The notes under the pieces are model-generated. The model saw only the letters and a program-made list of their open reading frames with translations, was not told where the DNA came from and made no database searches. From assembly GCF_009834535.1 (NCBI RefSeq), contig NC_045697.1, positions 21,144,001 to 21,208,000 of the forward strand: DNA of 64,000 nt, in the 5' to 3' direction. This DNA comes from Camelus ferus. Lineage: Eukaryota. Made by a program: the position numbers and the translations under genes. Shown piece by piece: positions 13,810-27,390 of the stretch. Position 1 is the stretch's first letter. Every line of letters starts with the position of its first letter.

Positions 13810-15880
13810 TCCTTTTTCTTTTTTCAGAATTATCTTGACTATGTAAGTATCTTGCCTATGTAAATATTTTGATTTTCCAACAAAATATTAAACGGTTCCA
13901 ATATTGAGGATTCCTAGCAACCTTGCGGCTAGGTATTTTTTTGAGCTTCAGTATTAGTTTGTAACATTTTTCACAACAGTTTTGTACATTATTTTGATGG
14001 ATTTATTTCTGTTAACCATGTAGTATTTGTTGCTATTATAAATGGTATCTTTTTAACTTCTATTTTATTTCCTATCTGGACATTGATTCTGAAAAATGTG
14101 CTCTCTGCAGATTAGCATATGACCTGCAAATAATAACATTTTTATTTACTTCTTCCCCATGCATTAGCTTTAATTATTTTTTTCCTTATTGCATTGACTG
14201 AGACATGCACTATATTTTTGAATACAAGAAGTGATAGCAAGGTAACTACTACAATTCTTGACCCTCAAAATATATGACTAAAAGTGTGCTACCATGTATA
14301 ATATTTACTGTAGATTTTTAAAAATTATTTTATTATGTAAGGAATTTTCCAGATGACTAACTACATTTAGGTACCCACCCCCTCATAAATGCATGTTAAG
14401 TTTTATTAACGTTTTTTTCTGCATGTATGAAGAGCATTAGCTCTTTCTTTAATGTTTCATGTCAAGTGGATTGCATTTATAAATATTTTAATGTTGAATG
14501 AAATTCACATTACCTAATTTTGTTTATTAAATTAACTGCTGCATCATATTTGCAGTTATTCTTATTTAGAATTATTGGGTTTACATATGTGAACCATGTA
14601 TAGATTTTATTGATTGCATATAACCTTTGATATATGATTTGTATAAATAATATAAATTATTTTGGTTAGAATAACTAATATTTTATATTGTGTATAAATA
14701 ATATAAATTATTTTGGGTAGAGTAATATTTCATATTGTGTAAATGGTTCTATAAGATAAACTGTTCTATAAAACTTTTTGTAAAATTTTCTGTCTAATGT
14801 CTTATTATTGAAACACTCATTCACTTTTAAGATTGTAATTGATGTATTTTTCTGTTACAATATTTCTTGAGTAAATTTAGTCACGAATTATGTTTTAGAA
14901 AAATAGCCACTTTAAAAATGTTGATATTGTATGTTTATAATATTGTGAATAGTATTTTCTTATAACCTTTTAGCTCTGCCACAAATTTGCCCCTTTTCAT
15001 TATTAACAATATTTCTGAACATCTTACAGTTTTTGACAACGTTCTGTAGGTTTGTCTATTTTAAGTATGGTATCATAATTACCATTTTGCTTTGTGCTTT
15101 ACATTCTTAATTTCTATCAGCATCATTTCTATTACATTTTATAAAAATTTTTAAAAATTCCTATCTTTATGGTAAATGTAAGTCACTTCCTTTGCTTGAA
15201 ATCTTCCTAATTTATTAACAACTATATATAATAATATATATTTCCTTAAATATCCATTTATAAAAATATTAATGCGATTGATAGCTGGCTATGAATATTT
15301 GATTTTTGTGATTATCATTTTAACACATAAGTTATTTAAGAATGTGCTCTTTAGAATCCAAATAAAAGTTTTAATTTTTAATAATTTTACTATTTTATTT
15401 GTTATTGGATTTTCATATAAACTAACAGTTATTTTGGAAAATACTGAGAGTTTACTAGTGGTATGTGGTCATTATTTTGCAAATATTACCTGTGTATTCA
15501 GGAGACTGTTTATTCTTTATATTTTATATATAAACTTTCTATGTATTAAAATGAAGATATATTGAATCACAATTTGTCAATTTTCACTTGTTTAAGACTT
15601 CTATATTCTCATTAGTATTTAGACTGAATCAGGACAGTAAAATGTATACTTCAGACAGTAAAATGTGTAAAACTTGGGATAGTGATATTAAACTCTCTGA
15701 CTGAATTTATATTTTTATTTAAAACTTACGAACTTTGCTTTATAATTTGAGACCCTGTTGCATACTTTGAAGTAAATTATTGTTCAGTATTTTAATGATT
15801 CTTAAAAACTTAAAATATACTGTCCTTCTTAACATTCTTATCTTAAATTATATTTACTCTAACAGTATTATGGTACTAAC
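13810..15880 (-). mobile_element. Highly degraded L1ME-type ORF2 body
   Basis: Long T-rich tract with antisense L1 ORF2 hallmarks (TTTGTTGCTATTATAAATGGTATC, CTGCAAATAATAACA, CTTATTGCATTGACTGAGAC...GAATACAAGAAGTGATAG). Confidence 0.6.
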
Positions 15881-15929
15881 ACTTCATTGTGTTATTTGTT
15901 TTTCTTCTTTGTTGTGAAATATGTGATAT

Positions 15930-16185
15930 GTGAAAAAAGATAAAAAGAGTATATACTTTATGATTCAATTTTATTAAAAATCCAAAAAATGCAAACTAAT
16001 CTATAATGATACTGTTTGTGTAGGCCAGGGTGATAAAAGGGATGTATTACAGTGGGGCATGAGAAAATATTATCTCCATTATGGTGTTTTCATGGTGTGT
16101 AAAGAAACATATTAAAACCCATCAAATTTTCAAGTTTAAGTTAATGCAGTTTTGTACAATAAATTTACCTTAGTAAAGCTCTAAC
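15930..16185 (+). mobile_element. L1MC/MD/ME-type 3' end fragment
   Basis: AAAAAGAGTATATACTTTATGATTC...GCAAACTAATCTATAATGAT...GGGCATGAG...AAAACCCATCAAATT...ATAAATTTACCTTAGTAAAGCT. Confidence 0.65.
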
Positions 16186-18277
16186 AATACATTCTTTCTT
16201 TTTTAAAATATTAAAGTCAATTCTTACTATACCATTTTATGAAAAATATTTGAGAATTAATATGTTGCTACTGAGCAAATATACTCATGATTTATTTAAC
16301 ATATGGTCTATTGCTGAACATTTGGTTTAATTTACAGTATTAAATCACTACACATTGTTTTCTATTGTACATAAATGTGTATGTACATCGCTTACTTTCA
16401 TTTTTTCTATTGGCTGAAATCCTAGGAATTGAAAGAGTGATAATTGTGTTTACCACTAAATATAGCCACAAAGGATTATTAAACTCTCTTGAAGTTTCCC
16501 TGCATTCTCTCCAAATCCTTGAAAGTAACAGCTTTATAAAATTCCCCTCAAATTATTCAGCTTGAGTAGAAAATCTAATTTCAGCCAAGACCCTATCTGA
16601 TAACATGTTTTGTATTTTATAATCTGTTATATTTTATAATTTAAAAAATAATATACATCACATATTTGTTGCTTTATTATTTTATTGTTAATATGATTTT
16701 GTTTAATTGTATTGATTTCCCAAATTGAGAAATTAATCATACTGTGTGTATTTGGAGTTAGTTTTTTAATCAGGATAAAAAAACTGCATGACATTTATTC
16801 TCTTATTTCTATTGTATTTAAAAGCAAAACTTTGAAACAGTTTTTTTTCCCCTCCAGTGACATTGTTTCTCAAGGCTTTCTAAATATAAGAATTGTTAAA
16901 TTATAACACATGAATTATCTCAAAGACACATAACTAAAGTAAAAATTGAGTCATTTAGCTGTAGGCCTGCTGAACACTGCAGGCTTTGAATCATTTTCAC
17001 TTGCATAAAAGTGAATTGTGAGTAACTCGAAAACAGACACTAATTTTGGAATGATCTTTGACGTACCAAAGTCCATTTACATGATGGGAAAAGACACTAG
17101 TTTTCCCCTCACTTTTTGAGGACTTTTATGTAAAACAAAAAAACTTCCAGCCCTATATTATACAGTTTGGGGGGGGGGTTAATTTTTTTTATCTAAGTTT
17201 TTCATACCACATCTGAAAATTTAAAAAGGCAGTCATTTGGTTGGAAGGCAGAAGTTCCATATCATCTAAATTGTTCTTGAATGTGTATTTGGATACAAAT
17301 AAAGCAAAACAAATAAAACAGAACACCAACTTTTAGTGGAAGCCTAGATTTGCTAGAGAAATATTCAGTCACCAAAAATATACTGATGAGATACTTAGTA
17401 CCAGAAAGATTCTTCTGCACTAGGGATATAAATATGAATGAGACCTGGTTCTTTCTTTTGAGTAGTTTATTGTAAAATAAGCAAACACAGATGTATAAAC
17501 AATTAGAACTATATTCACAGTAAATAAAGGATAATAATGAGGTATAACAATATGAAAGTAAAGAACACTTAATTTTTGTGTGCTTTGGAATCTAAGCATA
17601 GATCTAGTTGATTGTACCCTATTTATGTAATTAAAATGATAATTTTGTTGGGGTTTTTCTCTAGGGCCAGAAAAACTAGGGAAATATTCTAAAAACAATC
17701 AGAAAGCTTTTATTATGGCAGAGAGGCTATGAAGAGAAATGTGAAATGTTAAAGGAACTGAAGATATGCTAAATTCAGAACATTTTCCACTGTTTGTGTC
17801 TGATTGATTTTTGTGAAATTGTACCTGGTGCCTTTCTCTTTTTCTTCCTTAGCTCTTTTCAAACTTTCATGGTAAAATATACTTTTCCACTCTTCAATCT
17901 GTGCTTTTCTCTTTTTGTTAAAGAAGAGGCTTTGGAAACATTTGCCGTGACTAAAAATGTGCCGTAGGCAGAGTTTCCGCTTACACAAGTTTGACACTAC
18001 TTCAGTACTTTCTTATGATTCCATGAAATGTAAGTCGGCCAGCCAGACTCACGATCATTGATCCGGAAGGCCTCTTTCAGCTCAGTTACATGTGATCTAG
18101 GCAGTTGTCAGTTAGCAGAAGCTTATTTGAGTGTTTTTCAAATCTCAACACCCAGAAAAAAGGAAAAGAGTGTGTATATTGGTTTGCCATGATTTCAAAT
18201 CCACTTATTTATGGCTTAAGTGAAGTTGTTTTGACCTAAGGGTAAACTTTTTTACCTTGGCGAGGCCTTGTCAGGAT

Positions 18278-18917
18278 TGATACAGGAAAATGTGGGGTGA
18301 GAGGATCACCATGTCCCAGGTATCAGTTGAGTTCCCGGGATGCGCCCCGCCAAGTGCAGGTCCTTGGCTTCATGCAGGAAAAAATTCAAGAGCGAGCCAC
18401 ATTTGAGTAAAGGTAGATGTATTCAGAGAGATACATACTCCATAGAGTGCAGGCGTGTTTCAGAAGGCAAGAGAAAGGCCATGACATGTGAGAATTGGAT
18501 GCTTAGTTTAAAGTAAAGGTAGTCACACACTCCACAGAGTGGTCCATCTCACTTGGGAGAGTGGCCACAAGGTATGGGGGTTGTTAGTTTTCGCGGGCTT
18601 GGTAAATTCATTTGCTAACAAGTGGGAGAATTATTCCAACTACTTTGGGGAGGGCGCTGGATTTTCCAGGAATTGGGCCACTGCCCACTTTTTGACCCTT
18701 TATGGTTAGCCTTGGAACTGTCATGGCACCTGTGATAGTGCACTTAACATGTTAATATATTATAATGAGCATATAATGAAGCTCAAAATCTACTGAAGTC
18801 AACTCTCTCACCATCTTGGAACTCCAGGCCTTCTAGGGGTTGAATCTTCCACCTTCTTGGTGTTAATTGCTGTCATTCTTTGAATGGCTGTGCCCTGCCC
18901 CCTTCCTTTCCATCTCA
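18278..18917 (-). mobile_element. ERV1 solo LTR, MER41-like (cetartiodactyl/camelid lineage)
   Basis: TGA...TCA termini, 640 bp, flanked by near-TSD GGAT (18274-77)/GGGT (18918-21). Blocks GGTCCTTGGCTTCATGCAGGAAAAAATTCAAGAGCGAGCCA, AACTGTCATGGCAC and TATAATGAGCATATAATGA resemble antisense MER41. Confidence 0.8.
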
Positions 18918-21346
18918 GGGTGATGTCTTCAAAGTTATGCTATCCAGTGCTTATCCACAAGAACATACAGAGGAGCAACTATGACATAATGGACATTTAA
19001 ACTTAAAATGCTAAGAAGCTGTTAGAGTTTACTGAGAGTGTTCAGTCTGGGCTATGCTACTTTTTGTTGATCTAAGTAGCTCTACAAAGACCTTGGGACA
19101 TTAACTCCTGCTGTGGTAAGGCTACTATTTGCTGGCAGTGACAACCATGCAAAGGCTTTATGAAGATCATCTAGCCTGCCAACACCAGCACCATCATTCC
19201 ACTAAGATTGTGCTCTAGTGACAACAGATTTTGGATTTGTTCTGGCAGCTGGATGGCAGTTCTTGGTTCCCTAAAACCAAGAATCAACTTGTAGAAAGAT
19301 ACACCTTAAATAAATTAGACTTGATTTCTTTAATTTCTCCTTTTCCTGAAACAATAATGTGATTAATCTATCATTGTTTTGGAGTATGTTCTTTCTTTAT
19401 TGGTCTATAAAGAGACATTATTTTGTATGCTTTTGGCTTGCGAAATATTATTACAGATTATAATTTCCACAGTGGACCTGTAAATTATTGTTAAAGACAA
19501 TCTGTCTCTGAGCATAATTTGACAAAAACAAAACAATGGGAAAGTCAGATTTGGCCAAGCAATGCTCAAATGTGATAATGTGATTCTGCTTTTAATAATT
19601 ACACCAAATTTACTCTTTGGAGCTTATTTCTTATTGACTATATATAGAAGAAAATAAATCAATGTAAATAAAAATCATTTTAAATATACATCTATTCGGC
19701 ATTTATCTTAGAGAATAGTATACGTGAGTCCAAGAAAGCAGAGTCATGTCATTGTCATCCAATGGCAAAAGTATTGGATAATAAATAATACACGTATTTT
19801 TAAGCATTGTGTTTATATGTTCAAAAGAGTATTTCTTAAATATATATTTTCTGTGAATGTGTGTCAGACTCTATCATCTCTCCTTTTAAAAACATATAAG
19901 CTGCTTTTCACATCACTTGGATCTCAAAAGAAAGGGAAACTACATAATTATGCTAAAATGGTTATTTCTTTTAACAAAAAAAATATTCAAGAAAATTTAT
20001 TTTACATTAATTCCATTGTGATAGAAACTAACTTGGGTTTTTACTACAAGGCTGATACATTTTTTTCTGGGCATAATCAGTCATATGTATATATAAATTT
20101 TGCCTAATATTTTAAATACTCCTGAAAAACTAAAGCACATGAAAGTAAGTCAAAATGATTATTTTATATCCTATTAACATATATTACAATAAGATATAAA
20201 CTGGGTTTTAGATTGCGTTTTAACATACATTGAATAAACATAAATCTATAAATTTATTAGTGAGTTAAATTTAAAATAATTCAAATGTAACATTGGTCAA
20301 TAAATTTCTTTTCATTGGGATTTTTACATGTTCAGCAAGTACTTGGAATTCTAATGGCCCATGAGAATATTATAAACACTATGAAGGGGAAAAGCTTTAT
20401 AAAGAATCATTTAAAAGTTTTAATAGAAGATATGTGGGCCATTATATCATTTTCCATTGAACGAGGTAAAATTTTTCAAAGACCTTAGAAACTTTTCTAA
20501 AGTTATTATTCAGGAATGACCAACATCTGGATCAATAAGTATTGAATTGAAATATGTAACTCAGAGAGAATCAGTGGTCCCATTAATAGATTGTATGTCT
20601 ATGAAATATATAGTGGAAAGTATCCCCATAAAGTTATAGGACAAAAAAGTAGTTAAATCTACAAAGTTGTTTTCTTTCTATGAATATCAATGCAGTTGTA
20701 ACACAGAACAGTCAATTGTGATAACTTTCTGTTTTAAAAGCTAGAGTTGTTAAGGCTAGAATTCCTCTAGAAGACACTGTCTTATTTCTGAATTGGGTGC
20801 ACTTTGAGTCTATATATATATATACATGCACACATATATGCTTACATATTTTTTTTTTGGTTAAGGTGGATGGGTGATAAGTCTATTCCTAGCCTGTTTT
20901 TTCACATTTATCATTGCTGTTTCTGTTTATGAGGGACATCATACAGGGCACATAAATAAGGCCCTACATAGCTATATATGGCAACCAAATGGAACAGCAA
21001 GGTTGATCATAAAAATAAATAGAGGCAAACTTACCTCTAAACTGCTATCAGATTGAAGGATGATCTGCATATTGAATGCTTTTTATATATAAACTCATTT
21101 GTTGAGCATTGTCAGCAACATTATGAAATATAATACTTAGAAAAAGCATTTATCTTTTTTGAGAAATGACTAAATAAAAAGTGGTTAGAAGAAAATTGGA
21201 AAGTTAGAACTCATTTAAGTAATAGATCAAGAAATGTCCAACGTAACATATGCTTAGATGTCATGGGCAGAGCAAATAATTTGATTGCATGGAATCAGAG
21301 AGTTGGCCAATAATTTTTAGGAAAAAAAGAATTATAGACCAGATGG

Positions 21347-21763
21347 TGCATTGGTCATTCCCCAGAGAAACCAAAGCATTATGATGACAGGAGAAAGAAA
21401 GAGGTTAAGAAATTTTGGGGGGCGGGGTGAGGGAGGCAGGGGAACTGGCAAGTCTAAATTTTATAGGGCAGGCCAGCAGGCTAGAGACCCAGGAAGAGAT
21501 GATGCTGTAATTGGAGTCTGAAGGGCCATCTAGAGGCAGAATTCCTTCTTTCTCAAGGACCTCAGGTTTTTCTCTGAAAGGCCTGCAGCTTTCAGGACGC
21601 GGCCCAACCACATTAGGGAGAGTCCTCTGCTTTACACAAAAGTCTATTGATTTAAAGTCAATTTCATCTGAAAAACACCTTCACAGGGACATTTAGACTG
21701 ACTTTTGACCAAATATCTGGTATCATGGCCTAGCCAAGTTGACATATGAAACTAACCATCACA
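21347..21763 (-). mobile_element. ERVL solo LTR, MLT2C/D-like
   Basis: GGCCAGCAGGCTAGAGACCCAGGAAGAG...TGACCAAATATCTGG...GCCAAGTTGACATATGAAACTAACCATCACA; 5-bp near-TSD GATGG/GATGT. Confidence 0.88.
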
Positions 21764-22745
21764 GATGTTGTATTTTAAGTTCGTTTGAATGTTTGCCTGA
21801 AAGGAATATCTGAAATCTGCTCCACTGTCCCAAAACTCTCTGCAAGTCAGTATCTCAAGACTGCAACACCTAGCTGTATATTTGAATAAAAAACTTTAGA
21901 TGCCCACATGGTAGAACTGATTATTTAATTATCTCCTGTTTTTATTAAACTTAGCTACACATAACTGTTAAAAGAAATGACTTGCAAACATTCAAAGTAA
22001 CTGGATTTCAGACTTCTGGTCTCTGTATCACAGCTTTCCTCTAAGAATTCAACTCAGTTTTGCAATACTTCTCAACCTATACCGTTATTGATCCTCATGG
22101 GGTCTTATTTACAGTATGTGAAATCAGAGACTACCTCTCTGACATATAGTAAATCTCCTTTCAATATTTGTTGAATGATATTGCAAATCAATAAAATTCT
22201 TCATAAATAAGATATTTCAGTGCAGTTTTTACTTGGTCACTGCAGATTTCTGGTTCTAATCAAATATCCTACTGGACAGCATTTTTCTCATGCAATGATT
22301 CTGCCTCATTCTTCAGTCCGCTCTAGATTTCCACTAGCTGAAGATTTATCTAACTTATGATGCACATGAGTATAATAAATTCATGAAATATCACATTCAT
22401 TAGATCAATACACTGCAGTCTCTGAAGGATCTTGCAGTCAAGGACCCCTGTCAGGTCATACTCTTTTGCACATTTGAATTCCTAGCTCAAGTCTTTCATC
22501 CCTAGGTTCATTCCCTCATTCCCTTTATTTGAGGTTTTGGCCAGAAATCTTCCAGGACGCTCTACTGAGGCCTATTCCTTGGGGAGAGGAAAGAGGGAAA
22601 ACATTGAAGACTGCTTTTCCCACTATGACTCAGTCCTGTACTTAATCAAATTATCATAATTTTGATACCATCATTTCAACTCTATTGAAATAGACCAGGG
22701 AAAATTCAGTGGAAAGAAATAGACTCCTCCCGCCATGAACACATG

Positions 22746-23330
22746 CATTCATGCATTTATTTATTCATTCACTATCCATTAAACCCATAGGTATTGAGGA
22801 AAGTCCGTGTGTCTTGGTCTGTGTGAAATTATACGGAGCATGGATAGAACAAAGATGAAAAAGACATGGCTTCTACTTTTGAAGAAGTAGAAGTTTGGTA
22901 TAAGACAGATTTGTAAAAAATATAAGTACTTGATTAAAATATGAAGAAACTTTGGAGCACCACAGAAAGGGGATAAACTCACTTTGTTTGAATAAGTAAG
23001 GTAAGATGTCATTAACGGGGTAACACTTAAGCCACCTCTTAAGGGATGAATAGAAAGTTTCATAGACAGAAAAAGTGGCAGATAATATTTGGCAAACGGG
23101 AACAACTTATAAAAATTTTTTTTTCAAATCACAAGAGTGTGGAAATGTATACCAAGCTAGTAAGCAGTGAGAACTTAATACTACTGGAAGAAAGGCTAGA
23201 GTTGTTCAAGATAAGACCAGCAATATATTTTGATAAATCTCAGGCACCATATGTATGAGTTCTAGCTTTATTATCTGAGGATGGGGTGATATAGAAATAT
23301 GCAAATGGAGAATTAATATGACAATGATTT
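22746..23330 (-). mobile_element. L2 LINE 3' region
   Basis: Begins with the antisense L2 tail CATTCATGCATTTATTTATTCATTCA...TATTGAG, followed by purine-rich L2-like text. Confidence 0.65.
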
Positions 23331-23439
23331 TTAAGGCTGAGTGTTTTAAGAAACTTATAGATGATGCATGGAAATGCAGAAATAAACTGTCAAAAAGAAA
23401 GCCACTTAGGAGCATATATTAATACTGAAATCCAGAAAA

Positions 23440-23620
23440 CCAATAGTTTTTTTCACCAAAGGTCTCATTAGTATAACATGTGAAGCTTTTAGGAAATATA
23501 GATGTTTGGGATCCAATCCACACTTTCTGATTCAGAATTTTAAGATGAAGGAATTGATTTTGCATATGTTAACATTTCCCATAGGTTTACCTGATGCCCA
23601 TTTTTTTAAATAACCAATAG
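23440..23620. mobile_element. MER5-like hAT-Charlie MITE (degraded)
   Basis: GAAGCTTTTAGGAAATATAGAT...CTGATTCAGAAT...TTAACATTTCCCATAGGT..CTGATGC resembles MER5A. Confidence 0.55.
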
Positions 23621-24797
23621 AATATCTCAGTGCACACAGAAGGCAGAAACAGTTTCAAGACCATTTTCTGAACTGAAATCATAATACTTTGATGTGTTCT
23701 GATGGTTCAGGTATAAGGTTGTATTGATTTTGATTCAGTGGATAGTGATGGTACTTGAAAATGTAAGAACATAGGAAGAGAAAAACCTTTGAAACAGTAG
23801 AAAAGAAACTCAGTTTTTAATATCTAGATGATGGATTTTATCAATAAACTACAAATTTCTTTAATTATTCTATGGATTCCTCATTATTTATGTACATTTA
23901 TACAGTTATAAGAAGCATTTATTTGTTTTGTGTAAAAGTACTTATATGTTACTAGTTTTATTTATATGATACTGTAGTTTACATGTTATTATGACCCAAA
24001 GTATCTCCTTCGTTTTCCTTTACAGGAGAGATTTGTAGAGACATTTTTGTTGTTGTTGTTGTTTATTTTAATATTTTTTATGACTGGATTCATAGTCCAT
24101 TTGAGTACCTTGCATTGATGGGTAACTGACTTCCAGATTTCACATACTGTGACATGATTCTGTTCTGAATTCTCAGGATAATGCTGCTCACTGCCTGTAA
24201 CAGGTATTAACTTCTCATATGATATTTACTGTCATCTCATAAATCTCCGTGGATTTATATGTCTAACCAATTACTTTTTTCTCCAGCAAGACATTTAATT
24301 TCTTTAAAATTCTTGAAAAGACTTGTTCTTAGTATATATTTCTCAAGCTGTGTACTCACTTTATATTTCTGTTTCATATGATATATACTTTTTAGGAATT
24401 GAAATATTTTCCTGGAAATTGAAATTTTTCTTAGAAACTTTTATATTTTTAAAGTCCAGAATTATATGAAGTAATTCTAAATTTACCTAATTTTACACAT
24501 GTATAGTATATAGTTATAAAGATATCACTATTTCTGTTATTTAAATATTAATATTCAACTCTGGCAATCCAATGATCTGTCTGTATTATTAGCTAATAGG
24601 TTGGCAAATGTGTTAAAATATTATTTTCCATTTTATGTATCAAGACTCACAATGGGAAATCACAATAGGAACTTTTGTGAATGCAAAAGTTGCAGGATTT
24701 TGTCTTTTAAAATGGTTTCAATAAATCATAAAAATGGGCTTGGAACTACTTATTTTATTAATAGCAATCTTCTGTATTTTAAGTACATGATCTACTT

Positions 24798-25371
24798 TTG
24801 GTAGACAAAACTTAAAATGGCATCTATGACTTCTGTCCTCTGCTGTAAAAACCTTGTATAACCTCCTCTTCCTGAGTTCTGGCAGAACCGGTGAATATGG
24901 GAAAGATCACTGCTGTGATCCTGTTGACTTGGATGTAATCAAAAGCATACCATCGCTTTGGGCTTGATTTGATCAAGTGGGCCCTTAATAAGACTGGGCT
25001 CTTTCTGAAGTCAGAGACAGTGGAAGTTGAACTGACCTGTGCCGGGGGAACTTGCGCAGGCTAAGAACTGCGGGTGGCCTCTTGGAGCTGAAAGTTGTTC
25101 CCTTCTTGTTCAACAGACAGTAGGACAATGGTTAAACAAACACAAGAAATGGGATTCTGCCCAAAACAATCTGAATTTGAAAGAAAGCCATGAGCTCTAG
25201 AAAGAAAGGTAACTCAGATAATACCTTCCCTTCAGCCTTGTGAGACCCCGAGTGGAGAGCTCAGTTCAGCCACGTGTAGACTTCTGACCTGCAGAAACTG
25301 TGAGCTAATCAATGGGTGTGACGGATCTAACTTTGTGGTAATTTGTTAAAAAAGCACTGAAAAAACAATAT
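24798..25371 (+). mobile_element. MaLR solo LTR, MLT1E/F-like
   Basis: TGGTAGAC..AAAATGGC start; TTCAGCCTTGTGAGACCC...GACTTCTGACCTGCAGAAACTGTGAGCTAAT...TTTGTGGTAATTTGTTA at the 3' end. Confidence 0.85.
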
Positions 25372-26763
25372 TTTCTCTGGAAATGCTTTGAGTATATGCA
25401 AATATAAGCTGAGAGCTCTACCAGAATTTGAAAATAAGAATGTGAACTCTCAAATCTAAAGGCAGGCTTGAAAACTGGACTTTAGTTTCTCCATCTCAAT
25501 ATCATAATCCAGCTATCAAAAAGATGTTGCTTTATTTTCTTCTTTGAGATATCATATTTCTTTTCTAGGTAATGACATTGTGTTTTAAGTCCCTTTTTCT
25601 GTCCAAGTGAATCAGACATTCCATGGAAGAGGACAATAGCAAAGAAATAGTTTGAGTTTCCTCAGTGAATGGAAAGTGAACAGAGGAATAAGTCTTCTAA
25701 CTTTAACATTAAATTACTTTCAATACTAAAAATGGAAGACATTTCTTAAGGATTTATTAACTGTGGAATTCACAAAAATAGTGTTACCTTAGCAACTCAT
25801 GACATAGAAATTAAGCTGTCAAAATCTCGATCATTCAAAAAGGGTCACTGATCTTCATGTCAATAGAGCAGATGAAAAAGAGCTGCAGCGATGTACGTTG
25901 CCAGATTTTTGAACTCTAATAAACAAGCCAAGCTGTGTTTATGAACTCCCTGAAATAGACAAGCGGAGAATACAGCAGTATCAGTGCCAAAGCGGATTTA
26001 CAGGTAGTTGGGCATTGCACACACTGCCAAAGGAGCCTTCATTTACTACCTCTTTTTGTAATGAGGAATACCAGATTTAACACAAATAGCCAAGCGAGAC
26101 AGCCCCTGCCCTTGCCAAAATTCATGGCTTTACCACATCATCTGTCATTAAGAGATTCATTAGGTCAGTATTTCCAGTAAAGGAATTCAAGGTGTCTTTC
26201 GACTGAAAGCTTAGAGACAAGTCAGCATGAAATTCTCCAGTCCCTAAATATATCAAGTAAAAATATCACCTTTGCCATTTTACTGGGATAAAAGAGAAAT
26301 CAAGAAATACAAGTTTTAAAAAATCACTGTAACTTGGTTCTCCAGCGCAACTGTAAGTAGGTAGCACAAATTCATTCCAGTTCTTAATAAATCTTCACAT
26401 TACTGAGGAAGTTATTCCAGAATGTACATTTCACATCGTCAGCAAAAGCCAGCTTTTGACCATTTCATACCATATATATTTGTGACCAGGAAAAGTAGGG
26501 AGCATTAGATTTGTTTCTGGCAATTCATTTGTCTCCCAGAAATATCTTGTTTTTTAGACATCTCTCAACCATATGTTTCAAACAACAACACTTCAGTAGA
26601 ACTCTGGGCATCTAATCTTGGTATAGTCATATTAGTTAAAAAAAAAAACTGTTCCAATTTCAGAACCACTCAATCATGGTTATCTTAACTGCATTTCTAA
26701 TCCTCTTTTCATTCTTGATTTCAAAAGAATAAATATATGGTTGCTCAATTCTATTAGCCCAGT

Positions 26764-27390
26764 TGTAGGCTAATAATGACTGAATAATGGTTTCTCCTAA
26801 ATAGCCACACTTTACTCCCTGGAGGCTGGGAATATATTTATGTCACATGGCTAAGAGACTTTGTAGATGTGATTAAGGTTATAGACCTCGAGATGGGAAA
26901 GTTATCTTGGATTAACCAGAAAGACTCAAATCTAATTACATGGGCCATTAAAGGCAGAAACTTTCCTCCAGCTAAAGTCAGACTGATGTGGCAGAAGAAG
27001 AGACAGGAGTGATTTGAAGTACAGGACGGACTTTACCTGCTCTTGCCAGCCTTGAAGACAAGGAAGGCCATGTGCCAAGGAATGCAGGCGGTCTCTAGCA
27101 ACTGAGAATGACCCCCAGGTCTAGAACCAGCAAGTGGACGGGATCTATGATTGCTTGAACCTGGATTCAGCCAACAATCTGAATAAGCCTAAAGTGAATT
27201 ATCCTCCAGAACCTCTAGACAAGAACCTAGCTCCTCTGACACCTTGATTTTGGTCTCCTAAGACTTTGAGCAGAGACACCAAGAGATCCAGTCAGAATCT
27301 GCCCTATAAAAATCTGGGATAATAAATTCATCTTGTTTTGAGACACGTAATTATTGGTAATTGTTATGGCAGCAATAGAAAGCTAATACA
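26764..27390 (+). mobile_element. MaLR solo LTR, MLT1D/E-like
   Basis: GAATAATGG...CACATGGC..GAGACTTTGTAGATGTGATTAAGG...GCCAAGGAATGCAGGCGG...GACACCTTGATTTTGG...GGCAGCAATAGAAAGCTAATACA. Confidence 0.88.
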
